Of a stretch of 64,000 nt of DNA, positions 50,950-62,934 are shown piece after piece (within the stretch, counting starts at the first letter, position 1; each line of letters starts with the position of its first letter). The stretch is from Chiloscyllium plagiosum (lineage: Eukaryota), in NCBI RefSeq assembly GCF_004010195.1, contig NC_057711.1:41711581-41775580 (forward strand), written 5' to 3'. Below the pieces are notes generated by a model. It did not search any database. It was not told the DNA's origin and was given only the letters and a program-made list of their open reading frames with translations. Made by a program: the position numbers and the translations under genes.

Positions 50950-51900
50950 ATAGAGTCAGAAGCCATAGAGATCTACAGCACAGAAATTCATGCCTACCAG
51001 ATATCCCAACCCAATCTAGTCCCATCTGCCAGCACCCGGCCCATATCCCTCCAAACCCAAACCCTTCCTATTCATATACCCATCCAGATGCCTTTTAAAT
51101 GTTGCAATTGTACTTGCCTCCATCACTTCCTCTGGCATCCCATTCCATGCACGCACCACCCTCTGCGTGAAAAAGTTGCTGTTTCGGCCTCTTTTATATC
51201 TTTCCCCCCTCACCATAAACCTATGCCCTCTAGTTCTGGACTTCCCCCACCCCAGGGAAGAGACTTTGTCTATTTATCCTATCCATGCCCCTCATGATTT
51301 TGTAAACCTCTATAAGGTCACCCCTCAACGACAGACGCTCCAAGGAAAACAGTCTCAGCCTATTGAACCTCTCCCTATAGCTCAAATCCTCCAACCCTGG
51401 CAACATCTTTTCTGAATCCTTTCAAGTTTCACAACATCCTTCCAGTAGGAAGGAGACCAGACTTGCACACAATATTCCAAAAGTTGCCTAACCAATGTCC
51501 TGTACAGCGGGAACGTGACCTCCCAATTCCTGCACTCAAGACTTTGACCAATAAAGGAAAACGTACCAAATGCCTTCTTCACTATTCTATCTACCTGCGA
51601 TCCTACTTTCAAGGAGCTATGAGCCTGCACTCCAAGGTCTCTTTGTTCAGCAACACTCCCTAGGACCTTACCATTAAGTGTATACGTCCCGTTAAGATTT
51701 GCTTTCCCAAAAAGCACCACCTCGCATTTATCTAAATTAAGCTCCATCTGCTACTCCACAGCCCATTAGCCCATCTGATCAAGATCCTGTTGTAATTTGA
51801 GGTAGCCTTCTTCGCTGCCCGCTACACCTCCAATTTTGGTGTCATCTGCAAGCTTACTAACTGTACCTCTTTTATGCTCACATTGAAAATCATCTATATA
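50950..51900 (-). mobile_element. 5'-truncated CR1
   Basis: ORFs 51382-51747 (MELNLDKCEVVLFGK...LEYCVQVWSP) and 51016-51216; tail at about 50950. Confidence 0.9.
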
Positions 51901-52599
51901 ATTTGCATGGAGTGCAATTAATAAGATTTCCGCGTTCCAGTTGCAGATTGTATAGTATGTTTATGATATTGTTACTCAAGCAAGAATAGACCTGCTATTA
52001 AATAATCCAGGATACTAGCTGTTCAGAAACAATAGGACAGAAAAAGGAGAGTTGGCAGCATTGGTTAAGGATTGCATTGCAGTGCTGGAGAAAGTGAAGA
52101 TACAAGGAAAGAATAAAATTGGTGGACCCAAACAAAGAAAGAGATCTGTGTAGTCGACAGACTACATTACTGAGAAGGATGTAGATACTAGTGATCTCAA
52201 GTATTTATAATGGGGGATTTGAATTTCCCATATTTGGACAGGAATAATGTTACTGTAAAAGGCAGAGAGGGGCAAGTGTTCCAAGATGTTAATGACCCAG
52301 ATGCTTTGTGCTGGGGGACAATTTCGAAGTTTTATGATGATACAAAACTTGGAAACATCGCAAATTGTGAGATGGCAGGGAAGAACCCCAAAAGAATGTA
52401 CAGTTGGTTCTGCTGTAATGTGCATTTCTTCAACGTGAATTGGCTATAATGCCATTGAAGAATTTAGACCATCATTTGTAGAACACGACCTTTCTTTACC
52501 TACACTGTCTATAATATGATTCCAATCCCTTCGGTTGCTATTACGTGATTTTCTTATAACACGGGATTGCACAGGAACAGAACTATCGCATTAAAGCAG

Positions 52600-53430
52600 A
52601 ACAGACTGTAGATATATTTGTGGAGTGGGTGGCAAGGAAGCTGGTAAAGTTTAATGCGCAGAAGTGTGAAGCGATTCGTTTTGTTGGGAAACATGGAGAC
52701 ACGTTTAAAAAACAAAGCAGGTATAGGCACTGAGGGATCGCTGTGACTATGTATTCAAGTCTTTCAAGGTGGCAGGACAAAGGAGAGCACAGTCAGTGAA
52801 GCATTGAGTACTTTGGACTTTATTAATAGAGGCCTAGAGCACAAGATCAAGGAAGTGATGCAAAGCTTGTAGAAATCACTTGTTAGACCCCAGCTGGAGT
52901 ACTGTGTGCATTTCTGTGTGCCATACTATAAGAAGGATGGGAATATGTTGGAGTGTGTGCAGAAGAAGTTCACAAGAATGGTGGCAGGAATGAGAAACTT
53001 ACATTGTGAAAATATGCTGGAGAAATTTGTTCTGTTTTCATTGAGCAGAGAATACGCAATGAAGCTTTGATAGAACTTGTAAAAATTACAATAGAACTGG
53101 ATGGAGTAGATAGGGAGAAATTCTTTCTAAATGGAGGATGGAGAAGGAGAAGTCCCAAGTTTAAAATAATCTGCAAAAGAAGCAAATGTAATGTATGAAA
53201 AAGCTTTTTCACACAGTGAGTGATTTGAATCTGAAATGTACTGACTGTAAATGTGGCTGAGGAAAGTCAATCAAGGTATTCAACAGGGCATTAACTGATT
53301 ATTTGAATAGAAACTAGGGATGTACAGGGGTCTGGGGAAAGGCACGAGATTGGCATCAAGCTATAATGCTCATTTGGAGATCTGGTTGCAATGGAAACCT
53401 CGTGCATTGTACCAAATCTGTGGTTTATTC
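52600..53430 (+). mobile_element. Old CR1 3' fragment
   Basis: KFNAQKCEAIRF and LVRPQLEYCVHF motifs in DNA, degenerate. Confidence 0.65.
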
Positions 53431-55009
53431 CATCTATGTTGAATGTGGAGCTTCTTCCAAAATAGGTACTGGCAGAGATGGCAATTTAATTTGTAACATT
53501 AAAAAAAATGCAGAGCACCAGTCTAACTCATCAGGAATGAGCTCTTTCCATTTAGAATCCTTTTCTCAGCATAAGCTAAAGAATGAAATTGCAATTTTTC
53601 CCAAGCTATAACTGAATGTTGTTGGTTGACTTACATTGGCTTCTAAGCCTACCAAGGTGTTGACTTTAAAATTCCAATGCTTGTTTCCAAATTCCTTGTG
53701 GTCTCACCACTCCCTACTTCTGTACTTCTTCCAGCCATTCAAAACTTTTGCATTCCTTCTAGTCCCTAGATTTGATTCTAGTCCTTTGATTGGGAAGGTG
53801 GTAAATATAAATCCTTCATTCAGAAAGAGAAGGGGAGTGGAAGCAGGACTCTATAGGCCAATTAGCTTAATGTCTGTCATTGGGAAAAAATTAGTAGCCA
53901 TTATTAAAGACTTTATAACAAGGCACTTTGAAAAATTCAACTCTGAAAAGTGGAAAACCCAAATGTTAAAGATGTAGTATGCCTGGGCAGTCTATTCTGG
54001 TTCAAGTTAAACAATTGATAGACTTTTTTGGAGAAAAGGAAAACTAAAGTACTGTTTGCATTTTTAACAGAATAATGTTCGCAAGCCTAATTTCACTTAT
54101 CATTGACTCTGTTCAGATCCATTTCACAAGTGCTGTGCCCAACATTTTTTCTTTCATGGGATATGGGCATCATTGACACTACCAGCATTTGTTGTCCTTT
54201 TTTAATTGCCCTTGAATTAACTGGCTTGCTAGTCCATTTCAGGAACCAGTTGAGAGTCAACTATATTGCTGTGGGCCTGAATTCACATGTAGACCAGACT
54301 AGGTAAGAATGGCAGACTTCCTTCATAGAGTCATAGAGTTTAACAGCCCAGAAAGAGATCCTTCAGCCCATTTTATCAGCCATCTGGCATTATCTACTTT
54401 AGTCATTTTTTCAACCATCTAGCCTGTCACCTTGAATTCTGTGGAGCTTTAATGATCATCTAATTATTTCTTAGATGTTTTGATGGTTCCACATCTGTTA
54501 TCCTTTCAGTCACTAGGTTCCAGAAACTCAATATTGGGGGAAAATCCATGATATCAACAGTGTCAGATCCCATATGTTAATTAGCGCACTCAATTCCTCT
54601 GCTTCCTTGCATTAAAATAAATTCCATCTTACCTTGCCAAACTCACTTTTGTTTTAACATGACTACATGTACTCTGCCTATCAGACTGACTTGGCTTTCC
54701 TTCTACATTTGTCCATGCATCAGCCATTGTTGGACCTCCATTCTGTATCCCATTTTATGTCAAATTAGTTTAAACCATTAAAAAACCAGACCAGCACACC
54801 AGCTGAACTTCATCTGGGCCGAGCAGCCTAGGCTTTTATTGGGAAATTGTTCTTCTGTCAAGTTATAGTTCCAACAGGTTTATTTGGAAGCACTAGCTTT
54901 CAGAGCAGAAAAATCTTATTCTTATTTATGTCCTGAGTCCCACCAGGTCCTCTCTCCCAACCTACTTGTCAGTGATGCTAGTTTGCTGCACACTTCCCAC
55001 AGTCTGCTT

Positions 55010-55200
55010 GATTTAGAGATGCTGGTGTTGGACTGGGGTATACAAAGTTAAAAACATCAGGTTATAGTTCAACACATTTATTTGGAAGTGCCAGCTTTTG
55101 GAGTGGAAAAATCAACCACCTGATGAAGGAGCAGCACTCTGAAAGCTCGTGCTTCCAAGTAAACCTGTTGGACTATAACCTGGTGTTGTATGATTTTTAA
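55010..55200. mobile_element. Penelope-derived fold-back element (family A) with an intact hammerhead core on the + strand at 55117-55151
   Basis: cac-CTGATGA-a-ggag-cagca-ctct-GAAA-gc-TC-gtg; inverted upstream arm; 12-bp TSD with 1 mismatch (54998-55009, 55201-55212). Confidence 0.8.
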
Positions 55201-55421
55201 CAGAGTCTGCTTCACAGTGATGCTGGATGTTGCATAGTCTTCCTTCCGAAAGGAAGCCAATAAACCTACTGGGGTTTTATTACAATTGATAATAGTTTTG
55301 TGGTTATCGTTACTGGGAGTAGCTTTATGTTAGATTTAATTATAATCAGTCTGTTTATTTCGTGATTAATTAAATTAAACTTGAAATTGCTTACACATGC
55401 AATTGTCAATTCTATTTCCAG

Positions 55422-55609
55422 TGTCAGAAAATCAAGTAACAATGGAAGCAAAAGAGGCTGAAATGGACAGAGAAAAATATGTTGATGAACTTCGACAAGC
55501 ACTGACAATGGGGGAAGAAAGAATGAAAAAATATAGTTTTGACTTTTTTAAGGACAAGGACAAGGAAGTTTTTCATTTTTTATATGAAAAGCTTTTACAA
55601 GACATTTCA
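55422..55609 (+). CDS. XRCC4: XRCC4 second coding exon (head domain; phase 1 to phase 0)
   Basis: Acceptor tctatttccag|, donor TCA|gtaagt; joins the previous exon in frame (G+TG = Val). VSENQVTMEAKEAEMDREKYVDELRQALTMG...YEKLLQDIS aligns with recalled human [31 protein letters not shown]...FEKNLKDVS. Confidence 0.95.
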
Positions 55610-55711
55610 GTAAGTACAGTTCTATTTTTTAATTTAAGAACAATAGTTTTATTTATGTAAAAAGATAGGAAGGTTAAAGTAACTTTGTTAGTTTGGTTTC
55701 AAAGAAACTTA

Positions 55712-55900
55712 CCTTGGTTAGCTCATTTGGCTGGATGGCTGGCTTGCAATGCACCAGCTGAAGTTACCATGGCGGACTCTCCTCAACCTCTCCCCTCACT
55801 TGAGGCATCATAACCCTCTACTTAAACCATCACCAGTCATCCTTCTCTAATGAGTGAGCACCCTATGGTCTGGTAAGACAATGAAGAATTTTACCTTTAG
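55712..55900 (+). mobile_element. Probable tRNA-derived SINE with an (ACCTTT)-type tail, internally deleted
   Basis: A-box-like ttagctcatttggctgg at the start and tttacctttag at the end; family not confirmed. Confidence 0.45.
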
Positions 55901-56914
55901 CCAGAGTGTTAGGGGATGATATTTATGAATCTGCTCTTCAATCTTGGGGAAAATTGTTTCCATAAAATATTTCTCCGCATCTCCAGATTTATACAGATGA
56001 ACACAAATGAGTTGGAATGGAACGTGTTTGCTTCTGATATGAACATGTAGACATTTTAAATTCTGTGTTCAAGAATTGAATTTCCTCCATAGTGTATTTA
56101 AGATTATTGGGAATGTTACATATTTTTCAGAACGTGTTAGAAATGCAATATCATTTCTTAAACAATTATGTGTTGCTATCCTATTAACTTTATGTATTCA
56201 TATCTAGCCTGATTTTTAAAAATGGATATATAATTGCAGCTCTCTCCATTCTACTGTTTTAGCCTTCTCACACATGCTTTCCATTTCATGCTATATTTGT
56301 TTATTTTCTCCTGTTTTACGTTTGTCTTGGAATAACCTGATATCAAATAGTGACGACAAACATGTGTGACAACTTGTACTGTATTTTGGTAAAATTATTA
56401 ATTTACTTATTTTTTGATATTTTCCCATGCTGATATTCTAAAGAAAGCGCAATGTAATTTCCAACATTTCAGGCTTCATGTTTAACATGGCACATATTAT
56501 GATCCTGTATTTGTGTAAGCATATAATAATTAAACAAAATGTATTTGAGAGTTCTTTTCACCAGGATTCTTTTCACAATAGATATCTCTAAATATATTCT
56601 GTAAATGCTTATTAGTACTTAAGATCATTACAGATAATTTAAGACTTCAGTAAATGTTGCCAGCTGAATTCTCCTTATCAGTCCCATTTGCTTAGATTCC
56701 AGACTGATCTGTTATGAAAAATACATGTTTGTATGAAGCAGAGACTATCATTCCATGATACCTGCATATCGTTGTTCTTATCAAACTTTGGGATCTGCCT
56801 ATGGAACTGGCTTCCATTTATCAAGTTTGAGCTTTTTTTAGCACTCAATTCCTGAGATTAAGAACTGAAATTAGTGGGTTTTTTTTTGCTAGAATTATAG
56901 AATCCCTACAGAGC

Positions 56915-57024
56915 AGATAGAAGCCATTTGGCCCATCCGGAGAACTCAGTTCTCAGAAAGCAAAGTTCTAGATAGAAGCCATTTGGCCCATCCGGAGAAC
57001 TCAGTTCTCAGAAAGCAAAGTTCT
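56915..57024 (+). repeat. Perfect 55-bp tandem duplication
   Basis: agatagaagccatttggcccatccggagaactcagttctcagaaagcaaagttct at 56915-56969 and again at 56970-57024. Confidence 0.95.
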
Positions 57025-57160
57025 GAGGAATGGCCACTGGACCTGAAACATTAATGCTTATTTCTCTCCACAGATCCTGCCAGACCTGCTGAGTTTATCC
57101 AGCAATTTCTCTTTTTGTTACTGATTTCCAGTATCTACAGTTCTTTCGATTTTTATTTAG
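57020..57160 (+). mobile_element. Family C Penelope-derived terminal segment, decayed hammerhead
   Basis: ctgaggaatggccactggacctgaaacatt...ctctccacagatcctgccagacctgctgag. Confidence 0.65.
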
Positions 57161-59452
57161 GACCTCATTAACATCCATTTCCAATATTTGCGAGGTGGTT
57201 GCAGCAAACAGTTGTAGACAGTAAAATATTTTTTGTTTGTGGTGTAGAAATCTGATTTGTGTTGTCAGGGTGAACTTCAGCCTCTATTGGTTTTGTTTAT
57301 GTTCTTGTTTTTCTTCTGGTTAATAAAACTCATGTTTTGATTTGTTCGATTGCTTACTGGTCTATGATGTGCCTCCTCGATAATGCCAAGCTGTGGGGAC
57401 AAGTGTGATTGGGGACTGGGTTACACTGACTTTGAGGATTTAGTTACAAACAGGTAAAGCACACTGTATAGTAGTTAAATTGCAACTAGAGTGAGGAATT
57501 CATTTGTGTGAGTCAGCCTGCCAACTTGTGTGCAGTGTGGTTTTGTGGCTGCTATACCATGATGTTGTCAATGACTGACAATGCTGGATTTGCCAATTCT
57601 TCTGCAGATGCACAATTGCCTTTGAAAGATGGCACGGGTGCAAGGCACACTTGTCATTCAGTGAATGCCTGTCGAGTGGTGAGTTGCTCTGGCAATGATG
57701 TGTGGTAGGATAAGGCCAGAACCAAACGTGGAAGATCCCATGGGGATGAAATAGGTAATTAATAAATTGAGTTTAGTAAGGTACTGTGAGGGAATTCTCT
57801 AGACCTTGCAAAAAACCCTCCAAAAGACTTGACTTCTGGTTCAACATTCCAGATTTCAGACCAGAATCCTGATGAAAGATCACTGACCTAAAATGATAAC
57901 TCTCTTTTTCTCTCCATGGATGCTGTTTGACCTTATTTTTGTGAGAATTTTAGTTAGAATATAATCAGACTAAATATAACAATTCCAGTCCTGCCTGAGT
58001 AGTGGCAAATCATTAATAAAACAATATTTCAGACGAATGGAGGCAATGTTGACCTTAATTGGGACTTAATTTGTTTCAAACCAACTATGACTATTCTGCG
58101 GAGATATTCCAAAGGAAAGCTACACTTATTTTGAAACATTAACTCTGTTTGCCTCTGGAAACAGCATTTTCTGATTTTCAGCAGCTGTAGCAATCTCCAG
58201 CATTTTCTGATTTTATTCCAGATTTTCAGCAGCTGTAGCATTTTGCTTTTATTTGAGGGTTGTCTGTAAAGTGGTTGATCACTTGTGTAGAGGGTAAATA
58301 TATAGTTTGTCAGGAACCCTGAAAGTAAAGCTGTATTGTGTGTGGAAGAAGAGAACCTAGAAGTTTATGCTGTTTTATATCTTTGGTTATTAAACGTGCT
58401 ATGAGTAAAACTGCTTACAAAACTGCTGTTGCCACTTACTATGATGAATCTCTCTGTTGTATATTCAGAAGCATTGTGTAAAGATAGGTTTATCTGCAGT
58501 TTAACAAATGGCTGCATCATGAAGCATAAACATATAATTAAGATGAATGCAAAATAGGTTTTTGGGAATTGCAAGCATGAGGGGAAGTGAAAAGTCAATC
58601 CTGAAAGTAACAGTAGTCTTAATGCAGTTGGTGCACAGTATGTATCACTACCAGCTGCTGTACAATCTTGGGCCACCCACGTGCCTTCACTCAGTGAAGG
58701 CCACTGAAGACTGCAGACTGACCATTCAAACCACTGCCACCTAAACAAACACTACAGGTCAAGCACAGAGTCGGCCTGTGCTCTAAACAGGTCTAAAAGT
58801 TATTAATTGTGAAACACATTAATGTCATGGAATACGAGTACATTTTATTAGCTGCATAGAAAACTTTGCGGACAAGTAATGGCTTTGTGATGATAGTGCT
58901 AACAGAATATTTTTTCATAGTTATTTTGACTTAAAAGTGTTAATTTAACTTTGATTGGAAAATTTCCAATTTGGGATCTTTTGAAGCTCTGCGTTAAATT
59001 ATGGCCTGCACCCTGCTAAGCAATTGGTTGATTTTCTATTTTTATATGTGAACATTTGAACGTGAACTGAATTATCACATCCTTTTTGATATTACTGTGA
59101 ACTTTTCAGTAATTGGTGAATATTTTCTTACTTTTCATAATTATTCAAAATGATGCATTTCTTAAATCTGCAATCACCAAACTATAATTAGTGTGATAAA
59201 TGAAATCACGACAAGTTTGAGATGTGAACTGCTATTCATTTAGGTTGATACAGTGAGTTCCTGGATTGAACCAATTCACCATGCAAACCTTTTGTTCCTT
59301 ATAATCCAGAGTTTAACTTTATTTGACCTATTGTCCAGCTAAATGATTTTGTAACAAAGGTTTTGTTACAGAGATCCTTTACTTTGTACATTTCCTATTG
59401 GCATATGTATGATGAGCAGAGAGGACAGGTATTCTTACTGGACCAAGACTCA

Positions 59453-59600
59453 TTCTTGATTAGTGGTGCTGGAAGAGCACAGCAGTTCAGGCAGCATCCG
59501 AGGATTTTACTGCCCCTCGGATGTTTCCTGAACTGCTGTGCTCTTCCAGCACCACTAATCCAGAATCTGGTTTCCAGCATCTGCAGTCATTGTTTTTACC
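59453..59600. mobile_element. Penelope-derived fold-back element (family B) lacking the hammerhead
   Basis: About 45-bp near-perfect inverted arms; TSD (C)TGGACCAAGACTCA at 59438-59452 and 59600-59614. Confidence 0.85.
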
Positions 59601-59614
59601 TGGACCAAGACTCA

Positions 59615-60875
59615 GCCCACTTTTCATCATTTATATAAATGATTTGGATGTGAGCAGAAGAGGTATAGTTAGTAACTTTGCAGATGACACCAAAGATTAG
59701 ATTAGATTACATTACATTACAGTGTGGAAACAGGCCCTTCGGCCCAACAAGCCCACACCGACCCGCCGAAGCGCAACCCACCCATACCCCTACATTTACC
59801 CCTTACCTAACACTACAGGCAATTTAACATGGCCAATTCACCTGACCTGCACATCTTTGGACTGTGGGAGGAAACCGGAGCACCGGAGGAAACCCACGCA
59901 GACACGGGGAGAACGTGCAAACTCCACACAATCAGTCGCCTGAGGCGGGAATTGAACCCGGGTCTCCGGCGCTGTGAGGCAGCAGTGCTAACCACTGTGC
60001 CACCGTGCCGCCCATTAGAGGTATACTGGACAGCGAAGAAGGTTACCTCAGTATACAACAGGATCTTGATCAGATGGGCCAATGGGCTGAGGAGTAGCAG
60101 ATGGAGTTTAATTTAGGTAAACGCGAGGTGCTACATTTTGGGAAAGCAAACCTTCGCAGGACTTACACACTTAATGGTAAGGTACTAGGGAGTGTTGCTG
60201 AACAGAAAGACCTTGGAGTGTGCATTCACAGCTCCTTAAAAGTAGATAGAATAATGAAGAAGGCATTTGGTATGCTTTCCTTTATTGGTCAGAGTCTTGA
60301 GTATAGGAGTTGGGAGGTCATGTTTCGGCTGTACAGGACATTGGTTAGACCACTGTTGGAATATTGCATGCAATTCTGGTCTCCTTCCTATCGGAAAGAT
60401 GTTGTGAAACTTGAAAGGGTTCAGAAAAAATGTTGCCAGTGTTGGAGGATTTGAGCTATTGGGAGAGGTTGAATAGACTGGGTTTGTTTTCCTGGAGCAT
60501 TGGAGGCTGAGGGGTGACCTTATGGAGGTTTATAAAATCATGAGGGGCATGGATAGGATAAATAGACAAAGTCATTTCCCTGTGGTGGGGGAATCCAGAA
60601 TTAGAGGGCATAGGTTTAAGGTGAGAGGGGAAAGTTATAAAATAGACTTAAGGGGCAACTTTTTCACACAGAGGGTGGTACGTGTATGGAATGAGCTGCC
60701 AGAGGATGTGGTGGAGGCTGGTACAATTGCAACATTTAAGAGGCATTTGGATGGGTCTATGAATAGGAAGGATTTGGAGGGATATGGGCTGGGTGCTGGC
60801 AGATGGGACTAGATTGGGTTGGGATATCTGGTCAGCGTGGATGAGTTTTCCTTGCTGTACATCTCAATGACTCTG
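59615..60875 (+). mobile_element. 5'-truncated CR1 carrying a nested HE1 SINE
   Basis: FADDTK region interrupted at 59695-60013. ORFs 60101 and 60522 are RT C-terminal pieces; tail at about 60870. Confidence 0.9.
59695..60013 (-). mobile_element. Full-length young HE1-type SINE
   Basis: Complete head, body and tail, very similar to 15109-15426; attaga on both sides. Confidence 0.9.
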
Positions 60876-62124
60876 GACTAACAAATATTGTTATTTAAGT
60901 CAATTGAAGCAATAATATTTGATTTAAGTAATATATGATGTATATTTGTATGCAGTACACAAAATAATAAAGCCATGACCCACTTTGCAAATAGATTTCA
61001 AGCAGAAATATTAACTGTAACTTCAGTCTGACTGAACAATTCTGCTTGATGAGGCCAATATTTCAAACACACAGCTCTTTGGGTGTTGGCTAACCGACTG
61101 AAATATTTACTCTGCATAAATCACAGCTTCCATAATTGTATGATTGGAAGGCCCTTGTCACTGAGTTTGCCAATAATGATGAACATAGCTATAATTATTC
61201 TCAAAGGAGTCAAACACAACTGCCACTCAAGTCCATGACTTCAAATTGAGCCTGATTTTGGGATGATGCTGTTGAGATACCACTGCAGACATTTTTAGCA
61301 ATAACGGTCTGACTCCAATGTCATTTGACACCACATGCACAAAATAAATGCACATTTGCCTTAATTTTGTTAAATAGGTTCCTATTGTAGTGAAAAATTA
61401 TCACAGTCACGTCAGTGGGTCAAGGAAGCAAGGATTTCATTTGAATATATACAAAGGAAAAGTTACCCAAAACAATTTCTCAATAATAGAGCTCAAATCT
61501 ATAGTTCTCAACTTCATCTAAGCCCATTGAATGGTGAGTCCTATTTTTACTTGCATAAATTTTAATTTCACGTTTTAAAAACTGTTTACCTTTTCTTGTC
61601 AACTCACCACATTAGCACATTTTATAACATACCGGTAACAATTGCTCTCATCCATTTTATTGATGAATGTGTTAACAGATATTCCCTGTGCGACATCAGG
61701 ATTTGCTGCTCCATTGATTGGGCTGTTGCCATTTAACGTCAGTTTCGGTGTCTGATTGCAAAGCAATTTTTCAATTAAATAAGTTCAACTACATAACTTG
61801 AACTACATAAACAACTTAAACCCATTTGTTCATGTCATATTAAACCATGCTGACCAGCAGGTATTAACTTCAATCTCTTGCATGTGCAGAGTTAGCTGTC
61901 CTCAGCTGGAAAAGTAGTTGTTTTCCACCCGAAGGTATTACACTAGTTTGTGTTTAGCACTAATATTCAAATGATCTGAAAAGTGCAGTTTATTTTAAAA
62001 GAAATGAGAAAATAAGATGGATAATACGAACTCTGAGTTAAGATGTTTTAGGGCCTGATTTTTTTTGTCCCTTAGGAGGATTAGGGACAAGCAAGCACTT
62101 AATATGGCACCACTGGCCAATTTG

Positions 62125-62467
62125 GTAAAAACAAGGACTGCAGATGCTGGAAACCAGAGTCTAGATTAGAGTGGTGCTGGAAAAGCACAGCAAGTCAGGC
62201 AGCGTCCGCGGAGCAGGAAAATTGATGTTTTGGGCAAAAGCTCTTCATCAGCAATTGAGGCAGGGTGTCTGCAGAGTGGAGAGATAAATGAGAGGGGGGT
62301 GGGGGTGGGAAGAAAGTAGCATAGAGTACAATAGGTGAATGGTATCTTCCTTTCCACCTATTCACTTCACCCTCCTCTCTGACCTATCACCTCCATCCCC
62401 ACCCCCATTCACCTATTGTACTCTGTGCCACTTTCTCCCCACTCCCACCCCCCTCTCATTTATCTCT
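62125..62467 (-). mobile_element. Penelope terminal repeat (family B) with an inverted 5' segment
   Basis: Perfect 15-bp TSD CCACTGGCCAATTTG (62110-62124, 62468-62482); shares sequence with 45791-45960; hammerhead GAAA mutated. Confidence 0.85.
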
Positions 62468-62507
62468 CCACTGGCCAATTTGCTAACTTCATGGCCTCTT
62501 AGTGGCT

Positions 62508-62589
62508 GGTAGCATGGTTGAGCGGTCTAAGGCGCTGAATTAAGGTTCCAATCTCTAAGGAGGTGTGGGTTCAAATCCCACCACTGCCA
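62508..62589 (+). pseudogene. tRNA-Leu(AAG) pseudogene
   Basis: 82 nt colinear with the recalled vertebrate tRNA-Leu-AAG (anticodon at 62542-62544, long variable arm). About 11 substitutions, mostly transitions, break acceptor-stem and anticodon-stem pairs. Confidence 0.85.
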
Positions 62590-62647
62590 CTTGTTTGCTA
62601 TGCTGCAGCTTGTTTGGGATGTGCTGTGTTTGCAGATTTGCTTGGAA

Positions 62648-62934
62648 GGGCGGCATGGTAGCTCAGTGGTTAGCATTGCTGTGTCACAGCGCCAGGGACT
62701 CGGGCAACTGTCTGTGTGAAGTTTGTACATTCTCCTCGTGTCTGTGTGGGTTTCCTCTCTCAGTCCAAAGATGTACAGATCAGATGAATTGGCTGTGCTA
62801 AATTGCCCATAGTGTTAGGTGCAATAGTCAGGGGTAAATGTTGGGAAATGGGCCTGGGTGGGTTATTCTTCAGAGGGTCAGTGTGGACGTGTTGGGCCAA
62901 ATGGCCTGTTTCCACACTGTATGAAATCTAATCT
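62648..62934 (+). mobile_element. HE1-type SINE with internal deletions
   Basis: Head gggcggcatggtagctcagtggttagc, B-box region deleted, tail ggcctgtttccacactgt...aatctaatct. Confidence 0.85.

Noticed and set aside
55397-55660. 87-aa ORF as a stand-alone gene
   Set aside because: It is the XRCC4 exon 55422-55609 plus intronic read-through.
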